Part shown: positions 24,112 to 34,557 of the stretch, one piece after another
How the letters are laid out: each line of letters opens with the position of its first letter
Position numbering within the stretch: the first letter of the stretch is position 1
Source of the DNA: a virus
Taxonomy: Duplodnaviria; Caudoviricetes
IMG/VR virus record: IMGVR_UViG_3300032226_000216
Location: 1-40,970 of that record
Reading direction: 5' to 3' (one strand)
DNA: 40,970 bases
The notes under the pieces: generated by a model
What the model was told of the DNA's origin: nothing
Databases searched by the model: none
What the model saw: only the letters and a program-made list of their open reading frames with translations
Translations under genes and position numbers: made by a program

Positions 24112-26958
24112 ATGATGAAAGAATTTTATAAGAAAGCACTGCCATCTACAGGCGTTTACTGTGTAGCTACGATTGATCCGATAGCTAAGATAACTAAACA
24201 TAAATTTGTAGAAAATGTTGATGAGCTCGCGGAGTTTATTGAGTCAAAGAAAAATACACCTACCAACATCTTTGTTGCACTTAGTTCATTTAATGGATAC
24301 AGTCGCAAGGCTGATGAGGCCAAGTCTGTTAGGTCGTTCTTTGTTGATCTTGATGTAGGCAACGGTAAGGGCTATAACTCAAAAGATGAAGCTGTCCAAG
24401 CGATTGACCAATTCGTACTAGAACATAATCTTCCCCCTCCTGTTAAGGTAGACTCGGGAACTGGTATCCATTCTTATTGGCTTTTTGACAGAGATATTCC
24501 CGCGACCGAGTGGAAACCTTACGCAGAAAAATTTAAAGACTTTTGCTTAACGCATGGTTTAAACATAGACCCTGTAGTCACCGCTGATCTAGCACGCATC
24601 TTACGTTGCCCTGATACATTCAATCAAAAGACTATGCCTCCCTCACCTACTAAGGTTATGGGTGACGATTTACCTATTTATATATTCGACGAGTTTAAAG
24701 AGTTCTTAGGTAATCTTGAACCTAGTCTTGCAGATATATTACAGGCCGCACCTAAAGGTCTTAGTGAAGATCAACGTAAAGCATTGAAGCTAGATAACTT
24801 TGAATCTAACTTTGAAAAAATTGTACAATCAAAAGGTTGTGCTCAGATTAATTTTATTATGGATAATGTTAAAGTCCTACAAGAGCCTTTGTGGTATTCA
24901 GGTTTATCCATCGCTCAACATTGTGCTGATAAAGAATCAGCTATCCATTTAATATCGAAAGACTATCCAAACTATGATGAAAGAGAAACAATTAGAAAAG
25001 CGCAAGCAACACAAGGCATGCCTCATTCCTGCGAAACATTTAACAATGTTAATCCTGGCATATGTACTGGCTGTCCTAGTCGCGGTAAAATTACTAACCC
25101 TCTTGCACTTGGAAAAATATTTAAAATAGCTGTCGAAGAACCGATCAAACCATTAGATCAATCAATGTCAGTTAAGACTATTGAGCATATTAAAGAACAT
25201 GCAGAGGTAGTCACACGGGGTTTATCATCGTTGCCCGAGGCTCTCTATCCATTCGTATACGGTAAGGAAGGCGGTATCTATTGTATGCCTGCCCCCAAAT
25301 ACGATGAAGATGGTGTACCTATTCCTGGTGATCCAATATTAGTAACATTGTATGACCTATTCCCATTGAAACGGATTTATAGTCCCGCAGATGGGGATTG
25401 CTTGTTAATGAAAGCGATATTGCCAAATGACCCTGAGCGCGAGTTTTTACTCCCTATGAGCAAGGTTTATGCAATAGAGGATTTAAAAAAGATCATCGCG
25501 TCTCAAGGTGTTTTATTTAATACAGACGCCAAAGGAGGCCAATATCTTATGAATTACTTAGTTAAATGGGGACATTACCTCACAAACAAAAATGCCGCAG
25601 AAGTTATGCGTATGCAAATGGGCTGGACACCCAATCAAGAATCCTTTGTAGTAGGAGAGTCAGAGCTATTACGAGATGGTAAGGAAGTTACATCACCAAC
25701 ATCACCTCTATGTAAGAGTATAGCTAAACACTTAACGCCTGCAGGTTCTTATGAAGCATGGAAAGAAGCCGCTAATAAACTTAGTAAACCTAGTCTTGAA
25801 CTGCATGCGTTTACTTTGTTAACTGGGTTCGGCTCAATCCTCATGAATAAAACTTCGACATCCGGAGTTACTATATCCTTAACAGGTGAATCAGGTGCAG
25901 CTAAGACAGGCGCGCTATATAGTTGTCTCTCAGTTTGGGGTAACCCGAAAGACCTATCGGTACTAGAAGCTACGTCTAACGGTATGACAGGACGTTATCT
26001 AGGTCTACACAATATTCCATTTGGTTTAGATGAAGTAGGTAACATTATTCCTAAAGACCTATCTCAGTTAATCCACAAGATTTCACAAGGTAAATCTAAA
26101 ATCCGTATGCAAGCATCAGTCAATGCAGAACGAGATCACGAGATGTCAGCTAGTTTGATTGCCATATTTACTTCTAACCAGAGTATGTATGACAAACTAA
26201 GTATACTTAAAAAAGATCCTAATGGCGAGGTAGCTAGGCTAATCGAGTTCTCAGTGCGTAAACCTCAAGCATTCCATGACGAGCCTACACTTGGTAAAGA
26301 AATATTCGACAAGTTTAGATTTAATTATGGCTGGTCTGGCCGTGAATTTATCTTCGCATTGTATAAATATAGTGAAGACCAAGTTCAAAAGAAGATGGAT
26401 AAATGGGTTGACCAATTCAGAAAAGACTTTGGCGAAGATACAGCTTATCGATTCTATGAAAACTTAATTGCAGCTACGATGACTGCGGGTGAAATAGCAG
26501 TTGATGCGGGCATAGTTAACTTTGATTTAAAAAAGATCTATAACAGAATTGTCGGCGAAATGGTAGCTATACGTGATAACGTAGTTAAGGTTAACGTCAT
26601 TGATTACGAGGCTTTAATTGGCGAATTTATTAATAGTCATCAAACAGGTATTCTTGCGTTCAAAGATGGTAAGATTTCAATGGAACCTCGTTCGCCATTA
26701 GTGATTCGCGCTGAACTTGATACTCACTTGATCTATATATCTAAGCCGGAGTTTAGAAAACACTTAGCTGAGAACCAAGTAAGTACTCGTGAGTTTTTAT
26801 ATCAAATGAAACAGGCAGGGATTGAAGTCAAAGAATCTCGTAAGCGTATGGGTACAGGTTGGAAAGATGCAACAGCGTCGGTGAATGTTGAAGTGTATGT
26901 ACTTAATACAACTAAATTATCAGACCGTGCATTAGGAGCAACACCTGAGCTTGTATAA
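24112..26958 (+). CDS. primase (RepB'/AEP-like) - DUF927 helicase fusion
   Basis: FFVDLDVG, DSGTGIHSYW and DLARILRCP (primase); a Cys cluster GCAQI...SCETF...CTGCP; QMGW, Walker A-like GESGAAKT and Walker B FGLDE. Confidence 0.85.
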   Translation: MMKEFYKKALPSTGVYCVATIDPIAKITKHKFVENVDELAEFIESKKNTPTNIFVALSSFNGYSRKADEAKSVRSFFVDLDVGNGKGYNSKDEAVQAIDQFVLEHNLPPPVKVDSGTGIHSYWLFDRDIPATEWKPYAEKFKDFCLTHGLNIDPVVTADLARILRCPDTFNQKTMPPSPTKVMGDDLPIYIFDEFKEFLGNLEPSLADILQAAPKGLSEDQRKALKLDNFESNFEKIVQSKGCAQINFIMDNVKVLQEPLWYSGLSIAQHCADKESAIHLISKDYPNYDERETIRKAQATQGMPHSCETFNNVNPGICTGCPSRGKITNPLALGKIFKIAVEEPIKPLDQSMSVKTIEHIKEHAEVVTRGLSSLPEALYPFVYGKEGGIYCMPAPKYDEDGVPIPGDPILVTLYDLFPLKRIYSPADGDCLLMKAILPNDPEREFLLPMSKVYAIEDLKKIIASQGVLFNTDAKGGQYLMNYLVKWGHYLTNKNAAEVMRMQMGWTPNQESFVVGESELLRDGKEVTSPTSPLCKSIAKHLTPAGSYEAWKEAANKLSKPSLELHAFTLLTGFGSILMNKTSTSGVTISLTGESGAAKTGALYSCLSVWGNPKDLSVLEATSNGMTGRYLGLHNIPFGLDEVGNIIPKDLSQLIHKISQGKSKIRMQASVNAERDHEMSASLIAIFTSNQSMYDKLSILKKDPNGEVARLIEFSVRKPQAFHDEPTLGKEIFDKFRFNYGWSGREFIFALYKYSEDQVQKKMDKWVDQFRKDFGEDTAYRFYENLIAATMTAGEIAVDAGIVNFDLKKIYNRIVGEMVAIRDNVVKVNVIDYEALIGEFINSHQTGILAFKDGKISMEPRSPLVIRAELDTHLIYISKPEFRKHLAENQVSTREFLYQMKQAGIEVKESRKRMGTGWKDATASVNVEVYVLNTTKLSDRALGATPELV

Positions 26959-27145
26959 CGAAATAGAATGGGTGTTTCCGTTTGAGGGAATGGGTATTGG
27001 GGATAGCTTCTTTGTTCCTACACTCAAACCCTCACCACTCATTTACGCAATAGAATCGGGGGCAAAACGAGCAGGCGTCAAGATCAGAGCATTCACTACA
27101 ATGAAAGATGGTTGTATGGGTGTGAGATGTTGGCGTCTAGCTTAG
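26951..27145 (+). CDS. small hypothetical protein, last gene of the early/middle arm
   Basis: FPFEGMGIGDSFFVP...GVRCWR. Its stop overlaps the stop of the convergent gene. Confidence 0.75.
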   Translation: MYNEIEWVFPFEGMGIGDSFFVPTLKPSPLIYAIESGAKRAGVKIRAFTTMKDGCMGVRCWRLA

Positions 27146-30100
27146 TCTTGCTTATTAATTTCTACTGCGCGTCGATTTAAATCTTTTATATTATTAAGCA
27201 TATTATTTTCAGACTCAGTCAATCGGTCTAGGGCTTCACGTTTTTCTTCTGCAGTTCTATTACTTGCCATAATAAGTTTTTTATAATCTCTAAGTTTTGT
27301 AAGTTGATTATGTAAATTATTAATAGGTTTTTCAATTGCTATATAGCCTCTATTCTTATTTAAGTAGTCTCTATACTCATCTACCCTACCTTCTTCTAAT
27401 AGTGCATTTGCAGATGTTTTAGCAGTTACTACTTTGTCATATAAGTCATAGAAGTCGCCACGATTGCCTGTAGCCCTTTGATTTTCTAACATAGATCCTA
27501 CAAAAATAATATCATTAGCAGTTGGCGCAGGTCTATCGCCCGCGAAGTAATTAGATACTTGACCTAATGTTTGACCTAAATAGCCGAAATATCCTTTTAG
27601 AAGTTTATCAATTTTAATAGGGGAATAATTAAGCTGTGCCCCTACTAGTTTAGCTATTTCAGAAGTTTTTTCTGTGTACTGTAGATATGGTTCTTTTCTT
27701 TGTTGGCCTGCACTTACTATAGGAAGGCCTGAGAATATATCGAAGTTAGTATAATTTTCAGCTAAAGGTCTGACCGCAGAAGGTATAGGTGCAAACCCTG
27801 CTATAAGTTCCCATGTTTTACGAAGTGCCGCAGCAGCAACATCCATGTCTTCTATATCAGCTTTAGGTGAATTTAATACCCATGCTCTAGTACCTCGTTC
27901 GGCCGCAACTTTTAAAGGTCTTAATTCTTGAGGTACTGGCATACGAAGTCCGCCAATAAAGAAGTTATTATTTTGTTGTTCTTCACTTTGATTTTCATAC
28001 TCATCGTCGCCGCTCATAAATGCTGCATACATTGCGGTAAACATGAGGTATTTAGATAAACGGAAAACTAATAATTTTTTACCTTCAGCTTTAGATACAC
28101 CACTTATGCGACCTCTAGCAGCAGCAATATCACGTGCCATACCTTGAATAGGTGGGTTAACGAAAGGCATCATACGACGTAAGTAAGCCAATGATCTAGA
28201 CATACCCATTTGTTGATATGGCATATATTGATGTGATCTTACCGCCGCTAAGTCTTCTGCAGTTTCTCTATCATACCCTTCCGCTTCTAGTTCTTTTGTA
28301 GCGTTCTCATAGATAGCTTCACGAGCACCTAAATCAGAACCTTGTGCCATACGTTCAAAGAAGAATAAAGATTTTTCCCATAACTTTTTATCTTTACCTT
28401 TATACAGATTTATAATATCTGCGCTGTCTAATACATCTTTTTGCCCAACAATACCATAACGATTAAGCATAGCTGCATTAGGTGTACGATCAGCTTTAAA
28501 TTGGTTATTGGCAATAGATTTCCAAGTTTTAGTTATATTATTTAAGAACCCTGCTTTATTGCCTGATGTAAATGTTGCACGGATAGGATCTTCCCATGCT
28601 TGATTCCATACGAACTGAGGCATCATTGTAATCCCGTGACGTAAACCAGATACTGGGTATTTCATAATATCCCATACAGCACCTGAAATAATTGGTGAAG
28701 CTGAGAAAGCTGCCATATCATTTGGATCTAAAACTCTAAAATCTTTAGGTAGTCCATCAACATGAACCGTAATATGATGATATGCTTTCTTCTCTACATC
28801 AGTCATAGGTCTATCGTACCACTGACCAACACCAAGTTGTTGCATCATATCAGCGGTTGATTTTGCAGCATTATTTTTAATACCGCGTTGCATCATCCAT
28901 GACATATTAGCTATGTAATTATCAATAGGATCAGCAGCTGCACGTTTAGAACCTACGAGTCTATATTCTTTGCCCGCACCTAATAAACCCGCACCTTTAG
29001 TAGTAGGCCTATCAAATGAATCAATTTCTTCTTCTGGTACGCGATAAAGTGCTACGTACTCAGCTCTATTTAAAAATCTATCCGCTTTTTCTCTAGTATA
29101 TAATCCTGTATCAACCATGAAATCTAATAGGTCTTTACGTTGTACATTACGCATATCTTGAAGTCGTTTTAATTCAGACCCATAGCGTCTATATGCTTCC
29201 GCAGCAGTACGCTTATCAGATTCAGTCCACTCATCAATATTAACTTTTTCATCCTCTGAAGCAGTTCTATTAAATTCTTCTAATTTTTCATATCGAGGCC
29301 CGTAATATCCAGCGACTAACATATCATATGCAAGCTCTTTAGAACCTAAATCTTGTGTAGCTCTATCAACTAATTCATTCCAGCCTTTAGATATATCTAG
29401 CATCTTAACTTTATCTGGGCCAGTACTTTCGTCAGCAATAATTAAACCGCTCTTACGGCGTAATAATCTACCTAAATATAATCCAGCTTGTGCTAATGAC
29501 ATAGAGTTATAAGCTTGTAGGTTGATTAAGTCACCACGGATTTTACCTTCTCTGAATGCATCAGCTGCAGGCAAGTCAGCATCTAGTGCTTTACGCTCAA
29601 CGCTATATCGTCCTCCAACAATCTTATTGCCAAGTTGGTCCATCCATTTACGCCATTGATTAGTATCATCATTAAATACATTTCTAAACTTCTGAATTAT
29701 GCCTTCATTAGTATCTTCAACATATTTAAGCGGAGTGCCATCAGGACGAGTCATGCCTTCAGGAGTAATTCTAGCTTGTACTATTTCTTTACCTGTAGTT
29801 ACAGCTCCCGGACCCTTCATAAGTTCAGGGCTTAATAATAATATTTCATCTAACATACTATGCGCATATTCAGGAATACCAAACATAGACTTAATTAGAT
29901 TTACAAAGTCAGACCATAATGTTGCAACCTTGCCTTTAGCTGGTTTAAGACCTAACACCCCCGCACGATTTTGTAGGAAGTTCTTTAACTTATCATCTGT
30001 ATAGGACTCCATAAAAAATTCTTTTACGTTTTTTTGTCCATAGAATCCTTCTTGTTTCTTTAAAGACTCCGCCATGAAAGCATCAAATAACTTAACCATC

Positions 30101-32601
30101 TTCTTACCTAATGGTGTTATAGGAGTATGAACATTATTTACAATCTTGACATGCTTATCAAATTCAGCATCAGTTGCAGCGTGAGCAATTTCATGCAAGG
30201 TGATATGAGATAAATCTGCAACACGAGGGTCTATAAATATAGTATTAGTATTAGGATCGTAATATCCAGCAGCACCTTGTAGTTCAGGATCAGTAGAAGT
30301 ATTCTCTGTAATAACTTTAACGGTATCTAAATTAGGCACTCTCTCTAACATATTAATAATAGCTTTGTCAGAACGAGCATCTGCAATCTTTATTACAGCT
30401 TTAAATAATTCTTTACCGTTGGTGACTTTATCAAATATAGGATTACGTTCGCCTAATTGTTGTTTAGGCTCTGCAAATAATACATCTCTGCCTTTTTCTT
30501 CAGCTGCTATTTCTTGTACGTCTTTATTAAGTTCTATATCTGATGGAGCTACCTCTTCTGTAGCACGTCGTTGTTCTTCACGAGCAAGGTACGCTTCTAA
30601 TTCTGTATCAGCTTGTTGATCTAGTGGTACAGCTTTCTTACCAGCTATCTCATCTAGGAGAAGATCACTTAATTCATCTATTCCACCTCTTGGATCATTT
30701 AATACATCAGCATTTAAATAGCCTTCATCAACTGCAACTTGAACTGCGTCATCTAAACCTCTACCATTTTTAGTAAATAGTCCTACAGTAGCACCAGATT
30801 TATTAACGCTTCGTTCACCTGTAAGATCAAATAAATGTTCAGTATTAATACCACCTGCTTTTTTTAAAACAGCTTGGATGCCCATAGATGGGGCTAATTT
30901 TTTTTCAGGTTTTAATACTTCAGTAGTTTCAGGTGCTAATGGAGCTGGGCGTGGGCCCTCTCGTCCTGCAAGTTGTTGAACATTATCTGTAGCACTTCCC
31001 AGTCTAGTTCCGTCAAGTCCTTCAGTTCCGGTGGTAATTTCTCCTCCCAAGGGTTGTCCAGATACTTCAACGCCTTCTCTAGGTCTTCTGACGACAGCTG
31101 TTTCATCTTGTAATTCCTTAATAGTAGGTATTTTATTCAGGTAATCATTAATCTTAATTGCAATAGGTGAATCATCTTCTTTAGTTTTTAAGTATGCATC
31201 AAATGCGGTTCTAATAGTAGTATTATCTTCAAGGCTCAATGGGTCTAATCCATTAAGGGTTTTTCTAATAACTGCTGTAGGGCCAATACCTAAATTTTTA
31301 AATGTTTGATCTGATATAGTATCAGTAGGTTGAGTAGCAAGGGATACAATATTAGTAGGTATATCAGTTAGCTCTGCTATAGCTTTTTTCTGCGCATCAA
31401 TGTCACCTTGTTCTATAGCCTTATTAAATGAAGCTTCCATACTAGCAATAGATTTAGCAAGTTTAGATTTTTCTGGGGCTTTGTTACCTAATGAATTAAT
31501 TGTTGATTGATATAAGGCGTCAGCAGCTTCTTTAGCTTTAAGCATTTCAGCTTCAGTTTTTGCGTCTTCTGCTATTTGGTTAATTCGATCACGTTCGGCA
31601 TTAATATTTTCTAATTTAGCGTCAAGCGTTATCTGGTCTATACGGGCTCTTTCAGCATCAATTCTATTTAATTCTCTTTGCTGACGTTGCTCTTGACCCT
31701 TAATAATATCTTGCTGTTCACCGCGTTCATAGACACGACCAGCGCCACCAAGTGGTCCCATAAGAGAAGTTTGATATGCTATTTCACCGTATTCTTTTAA
31801 AGCCTCTTCACCAGTAATAGGTAAGCCTGCGTAATATCTTTCGATAGCTTGTTGAGCAATTTCAGTAGGGATTTCAGCTAATTCTGTTTTTAGTGTACCC
31901 TTAGCAAGCGCAGTAGCAAATGATTCTTTAGCTAATTTTTCAGCCGCACTTGTACCTAATTCTTTAGCGGTAACACCAAATACTCTAGATAGTCCACTTA
32001 AACCTAATGACAATCTATCTAACGCCGCTTGACCTGCTCCTGAAGCAAACGCACCTGCTGCGCCTATATCAACGTTTTCACCTTTAGCAATTTGTTCTTC
32101 CGCTTTTCTTTCAGCACTTGATCCTGCATAAGATATTAAAGGGCCTAAAATTGAACCTGCTAACGCACCCCATGGACCGCCTATAGCACCTGCCCTAGCT
32201 CCAAGAGCCATAGAACCAATTAATGGAGCTTGTTCTGCTATAACACCAGGAATTTGAGTAATAACTTCTTTTGCTGCAGGGAAGAAACCACGTTGTTCAT
32301 AGGCTTGTTTAACAGCTTCTAAACTACCCGCTGGTTTTTCTGTAATATCTTTTTGTCTAGAGATGCCTTCCATTGCAGCTTCATCTGCATTAAAAGGTAA
32401 TTGAAGTCCAGTAAGCGCACTAGAAGCTAAACGCTTAGTACTACCGATAGCGGCTTCTATTGGACCTGCTGTTTGAATAGGTTGAGATTCTAATTGTAAC
32501 TGATTTTGAACTGCTTGATATGCTTGCGCATCAGTTAATTCCGTAGGCGAGTCAACGTTAAATGATCCTTGACCCGGAATATCAATTTTATATGAAGGCA
32601 T
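27142..32601 (-). CDS. large internal virion/ejection polyvalent protein with zincin-like metallopeptidase and LPD38-like C-terminal domain
   Basis: 1819 aa with a G/A-rich N-terminal membrane-like region, AAGYYDPNTNTIFID...TLHEIAH (HEXXH) and C-terminal ENYTNFDIFSGLPIV...TSEIAK...SPIKIDKLLKGYFG. It is the last gene of the tail/ejection operon. Confidence 0.75.
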   Translation of the reverse strand: MPSYKIDIPGQGSFNVDSPTELTDAQAYQAVQNQLQLESQPIQTAGPIEAAIGSTKRLASSALTGLQLPFNADEAAMEGISRQKDITEKPAGSLEAVKQAYEQRGFFPAAKEVITQIPGVIAEQAPLIGSMALGARAGAIGGPWGALAGSILGPLISYAGSSAERKAEEQIAKGENVDIGAAGAFASGAGQAALDRLSLGLSGLSRVFGVTAKELGTSAAEKLAKESFATALAKGTLKTELAEIPTEIAQQAIERYYAGLPITGEEALKEYGEIAYQTSLMGPLGGAGRVYERGEQQDIIKGQEQRQQRELNRIDAERARIDQITLDAKLENINAERDRINQIAEDAKTEAEMLKAKEAADALYQSTINSLGNKAPEKSKLAKSIASMEASFNKAIEQGDIDAQKKAIAELTDIPTNIVSLATQPTDTISDQTFKNLGIGPTAVIRKTLNGLDPLSLEDNTTIRTAFDAYLKTKEDDSPIAIKINDYLNKIPTIKELQDETAVVRRPREGVEVSGQPLGGEITTGTEGLDGTRLGSATDNVQQLAGREGPRPAPLAPETTEVLKPEKKLAPSMGIQAVLKKAGGINTEHLFDLTGERSVNKSGATVGLFTKNGRGLDDAVQVAVDEGYLNADVLNDPRGGIDELSDLLLDEIAGKKAVPLDQQADTELEAYLAREEQRRATEEVAPSDIELNKDVQEIAAEEKGRDVLFAEPKQQLGERNPIFDKVTNGKELFKAVIKIADARSDKAIINMLERVPNLDTVKVITENTSTDPELQGAAGYYDPNTNTIFIDPRVADLSHITLHEIAHAATDAEFDKHVKIVNNVHTPITPLGKKMVKLFDAFMAESLKKQEGFYGQKNVKEFFMESYTDDKLKNFLQNRAGVLGLKPAKGKVATLWSDFVNLIKSMFGIPEYAHSMLDEILLLSPELMKGPGAVTTGKEIVQARITPEGMTRPDGTPLKYVEDTNEGIIQKFRNVFNDDTNQWRKWMDQLGNKIVGGRYSVERKALDADLPAADAFREGKIRGDLINLQAYNSMSLAQAGLYLGRLLRRKSGLIIADESTGPDKVKMLDISKGWNELVDRATQDLGSKELAYDMLVAGYYGPRYEKLEEFNRTASEDEKVNIDEWTESDKRTAAEAYRRYGSELKRLQDMRNVQRKDLLDFMVDTGLYTREKADRFLNRAEYVALYRVPEEEIDSFDRPTTKGAGLLGAGKEYRLVGSKRAAADPIDNYIANMSWMMQRGIKNNAAKSTADMMQQLGVGQWYDRPMTDVEKKAYHHITVHVDGLPKDFRVLDPNDMAAFSASPIISGAVWDIMKYPVSGLRHGITMMPQFVWNQAWEDPIRATFTSGNKAGFLNNITKTWKSIANNQFKADRTPNAAMLNRYGIVGQKDVLDSADIINLYKGKDKKLWEKSLFFFERMAQGSDLGAREAIYENATKELEAEGYDRETAEDLAAVRSHQYMPYQQMGMSRSLAYLRRMMPFVNPPIQGMARDIAAARGRISGVSKAEGKKLLVFRLSKYLMFTAMYAAFMSGDDEYENQSEEQQNNNFFIGGLRMPVPQELRPLKVAAERGTRAWVLNSPKADIEDMDVAAAALRKTWELIAGFAPIPSAVRPLAENYTNFDIFSGLPIVSAGQQRKEPYLQYTEKTSEIAKLVGAQLNYSPIKIDKLLKGYFGYLGQTLGQVSNYFAGDRPAPTANDIIFVGSMLENQRATGNRGDFYDLYDKVVTAKTSANALLEEGRVDEYRDYLNKNRGYIAIEKPINNLHNQLTKLRDYKKLIMASNRTAEEKREALDRLTESENNMLNNIKDLNRRAVEINKQD
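30936..31106 (-). CDS. nested (overprinted) 56-aa ORF inside the 1819-aa gene
   Basis: TAAGGA-8nt-ATG in the +1 frame; MKQLSSEDLEKALKYLDNPWEEKLPPELKDLTELDWEVLQIMFNNLQDERAHAQLH. Confidence 0.6.
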   Translation of the reverse strand: MKQLSSEDLEKALKYLDNPWEEKLPPELKDLTELDWEVLQIMFNNLQDERAHAQLH

Positions 32602-32602
32602 T

Positions 32603-34555
32603 TTATTGAGTTCTTGTTACCTTAACGCCTGCAGGCATAGCAGAAACAGGCGAGCCAGATGCCCCTCTTATTTCATTTTTATAATCTTGAAATGATTTAT
32701 TAAATTTAGGATCTAACATTTTTTCTTGTTGCCACATAGCTAGGATTTTATCATCATCTAAACCGCTTGACCCACTAAATGATTTCCAAACTTGAGTAAC
32801 CTTACCTGCGTCAAATACTTTTTTAACATTACCATCTTTATCTTTGACAGTTTTATAATTATCATCATCTTGTTTAGCAAGATCCATAAATGTTTCATAG
32901 TCAGATTTTTTAGCTGCTGCAATCATAGCATTTTTAGTTGAAACGTCGGCAGCATATTTAGTGCGCGTAAACGCATTCTTTTCTTCCATGTCTTTAAGTT
33001 TAATTTGAGCATTACGAGCTTCAATACGCTCTTCACTATTAAGACCATAAGTTGCAGCTGCAATATCTTCAGCCCGTTTAGCTTGACCCATTTTAGTTCT
33101 GATGTCAATTTGTTTTTCAGTAAGTTTATCTAATTTATCTTTAGCTTGAACATAGTCAGCAAGGCCTGCTTGTGCGCCTTCAGCTAAGTTTTGAATTGCA
33201 AACGGAGATTTACCACCAGCCATAGAAAAGCCTGCTTTAGTTAATGCCATCCATGGCGCCATACGTTCTTGTTCTTTAGCACCTGTCTCATATTTTCTGG
33301 CAAGTTCTTCTAATCTACCGCGTTCAGGATCTTCACCAATCATTTCTTTATAGCGAGACATTCTATCTTTTGCCACACCTTCTGTATTTTCTAATAAACT
33401 ATCAATACCTGCTTGTTGAGGTTGTGGTGCGGAACCCGGCATAGGTTTAGTTACATCATTTTGAGGAACAGCCTCAGCCATAGGTGCTTTTGTTTTAGTT
33501 GGAGGTAGAGTACTTTGATAAATATTAGCTATCTCATCACGGCTAAACATCATGCCTGGTTCTGCAGTAGATGTATCAATAGATGCAAGACCTTTGCGAT
33601 TAACTTGTGGAGATGCCGCAGCTTTTTCTAACGTATCTGCCTCTGCAAGTAGTCCTTGCTTTCTTAACTCAGCTGCTTTTCTATACGCATCTAAACTTGG
33701 TGTCATGCCTTCAATATCTTTTTTACGTACAAGTTTGCCTGTTACTGGATCTGTTGTCCAACCATATTGGAACGGCATACCTAATAAATCTTTAGCACCT
33801 GCATAGATTGAGCCTGGAGAAAAGTAACTATCTTCTAACGCCGCTTGGTATCTCTTAGATGCTACATCACCGCCTGGTCCAAACGCAACCATGCCGCCAT
33901 CAGCATAACCAGGTGAACCCATTTCTTTTCTTATCCCACTATAAGCAGCGCCCGCATAAGGTGAAGTACCTCTACCAACACCTAAACTATATCTAAGTGC
34001 TTCTGGAGATACTCTCATCATTTCACCAGTCATATCAGTACCATATGGAGATGATGAAGCAAAGGCCGGGCCCGCAGTTGCGCCTGTATAATAAACTGGG
34101 GATCTACCCATTAATGACCTTTGAATATCAGACATGCCTTCAGTAGAAGGTAAATCACTTCCAGGAGCCATATCACTAGCGGCAACATCACCACCATCAT
34201 CAAACGCCACAATACCACCAGCTGCCATACCTTGACCACTAAACATCTGATCGGGTATAGGAAGACCCGCAACGCCTTGATCTGTTGGCGCACCTTGTGG
34301 TGCCGGGTTACCCATAGGGTTTCCAGCCAGCATCGCTAAGCCGCTTTGGTCAGGAGCTTGTGTTAAATCTTCAGCCACACTTTTTTCAGGAGCTTGTTGG
34401 TTTTGTGAAGCATATTTTGCTTCCATGTCTTTACGATTTTTAATCTCAGCTAATGCTAAGTAACTAGGTACTTCTGGGTTTAAACCTTGTACGTACTTGA
34501 TTAAAGTCTCAACAGGAATTGATTTTAGTTGATTCTGAAGTTTGACGATGTTCAT
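32603..34555 (-). CDS. probable ejection (DNA-transfer) protein
   Basis: 650 aa with repeated AxGG motifs, ALTKAGFSMAGGKSP and a helical C-terminus, in the P22 gp20-like position. Confidence 0.6.
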   Translation of the reverse strand: MNIVKLQNQLKSIPVETLIKYVQGLNPEVPSYLALAEIKNRKDMEAKYASQNQQAPEKSVAEDLTQAPDQSGLAMLAGNPMGNPAPQGAPTDQGVAGLPIPDQMFSGQGMAAGGIVAFDDGGDVAASDMAPGSDLPSTEGMSDIQRSLMGRSPVYYTGATAGPAFASSSPYGTDMTGEMMRVSPEALRYSLGVGRGTSPYAGAAYSGIRKEMGSPGYADGGMVAFGPGGDVASKRYQAALEDSYFSPGSIYAGAKDLLGMPFQYGWTTDPVTGKLVRKKDIEGMTPSLDAYRKAAELRKQGLLAEADTLEKAAASPQVNRKGLASIDTSTAEPGMMFSRDEIANIYQSTLPPTKTKAPMAEAVPQNDVTKPMPGSAPQPQQAGIDSLLENTEGVAKDRMSRYKEMIGEDPERGRLEELARKYETGAKEQERMAPWMALTKAGFSMAGGKSPFAIQNLAEGAQAGLADYVQAKDKLDKLTEKQIDIRTKMGQAKRAEDIAAATYGLNSEERIEARNAQIKLKDMEEKNAFTRTKYAADVSTKNAMIAAAKKSDYETFMDLAKQDDDNYKTVKDKDGNVKKVFDAGKVTQVWKSFSGSSGLDDDKILAMWQQEKMLDPKFNKSFQDYKNEIRGASGSPVSAMPAGVKVTRTQ

Positions 34556-34557
34556 AG

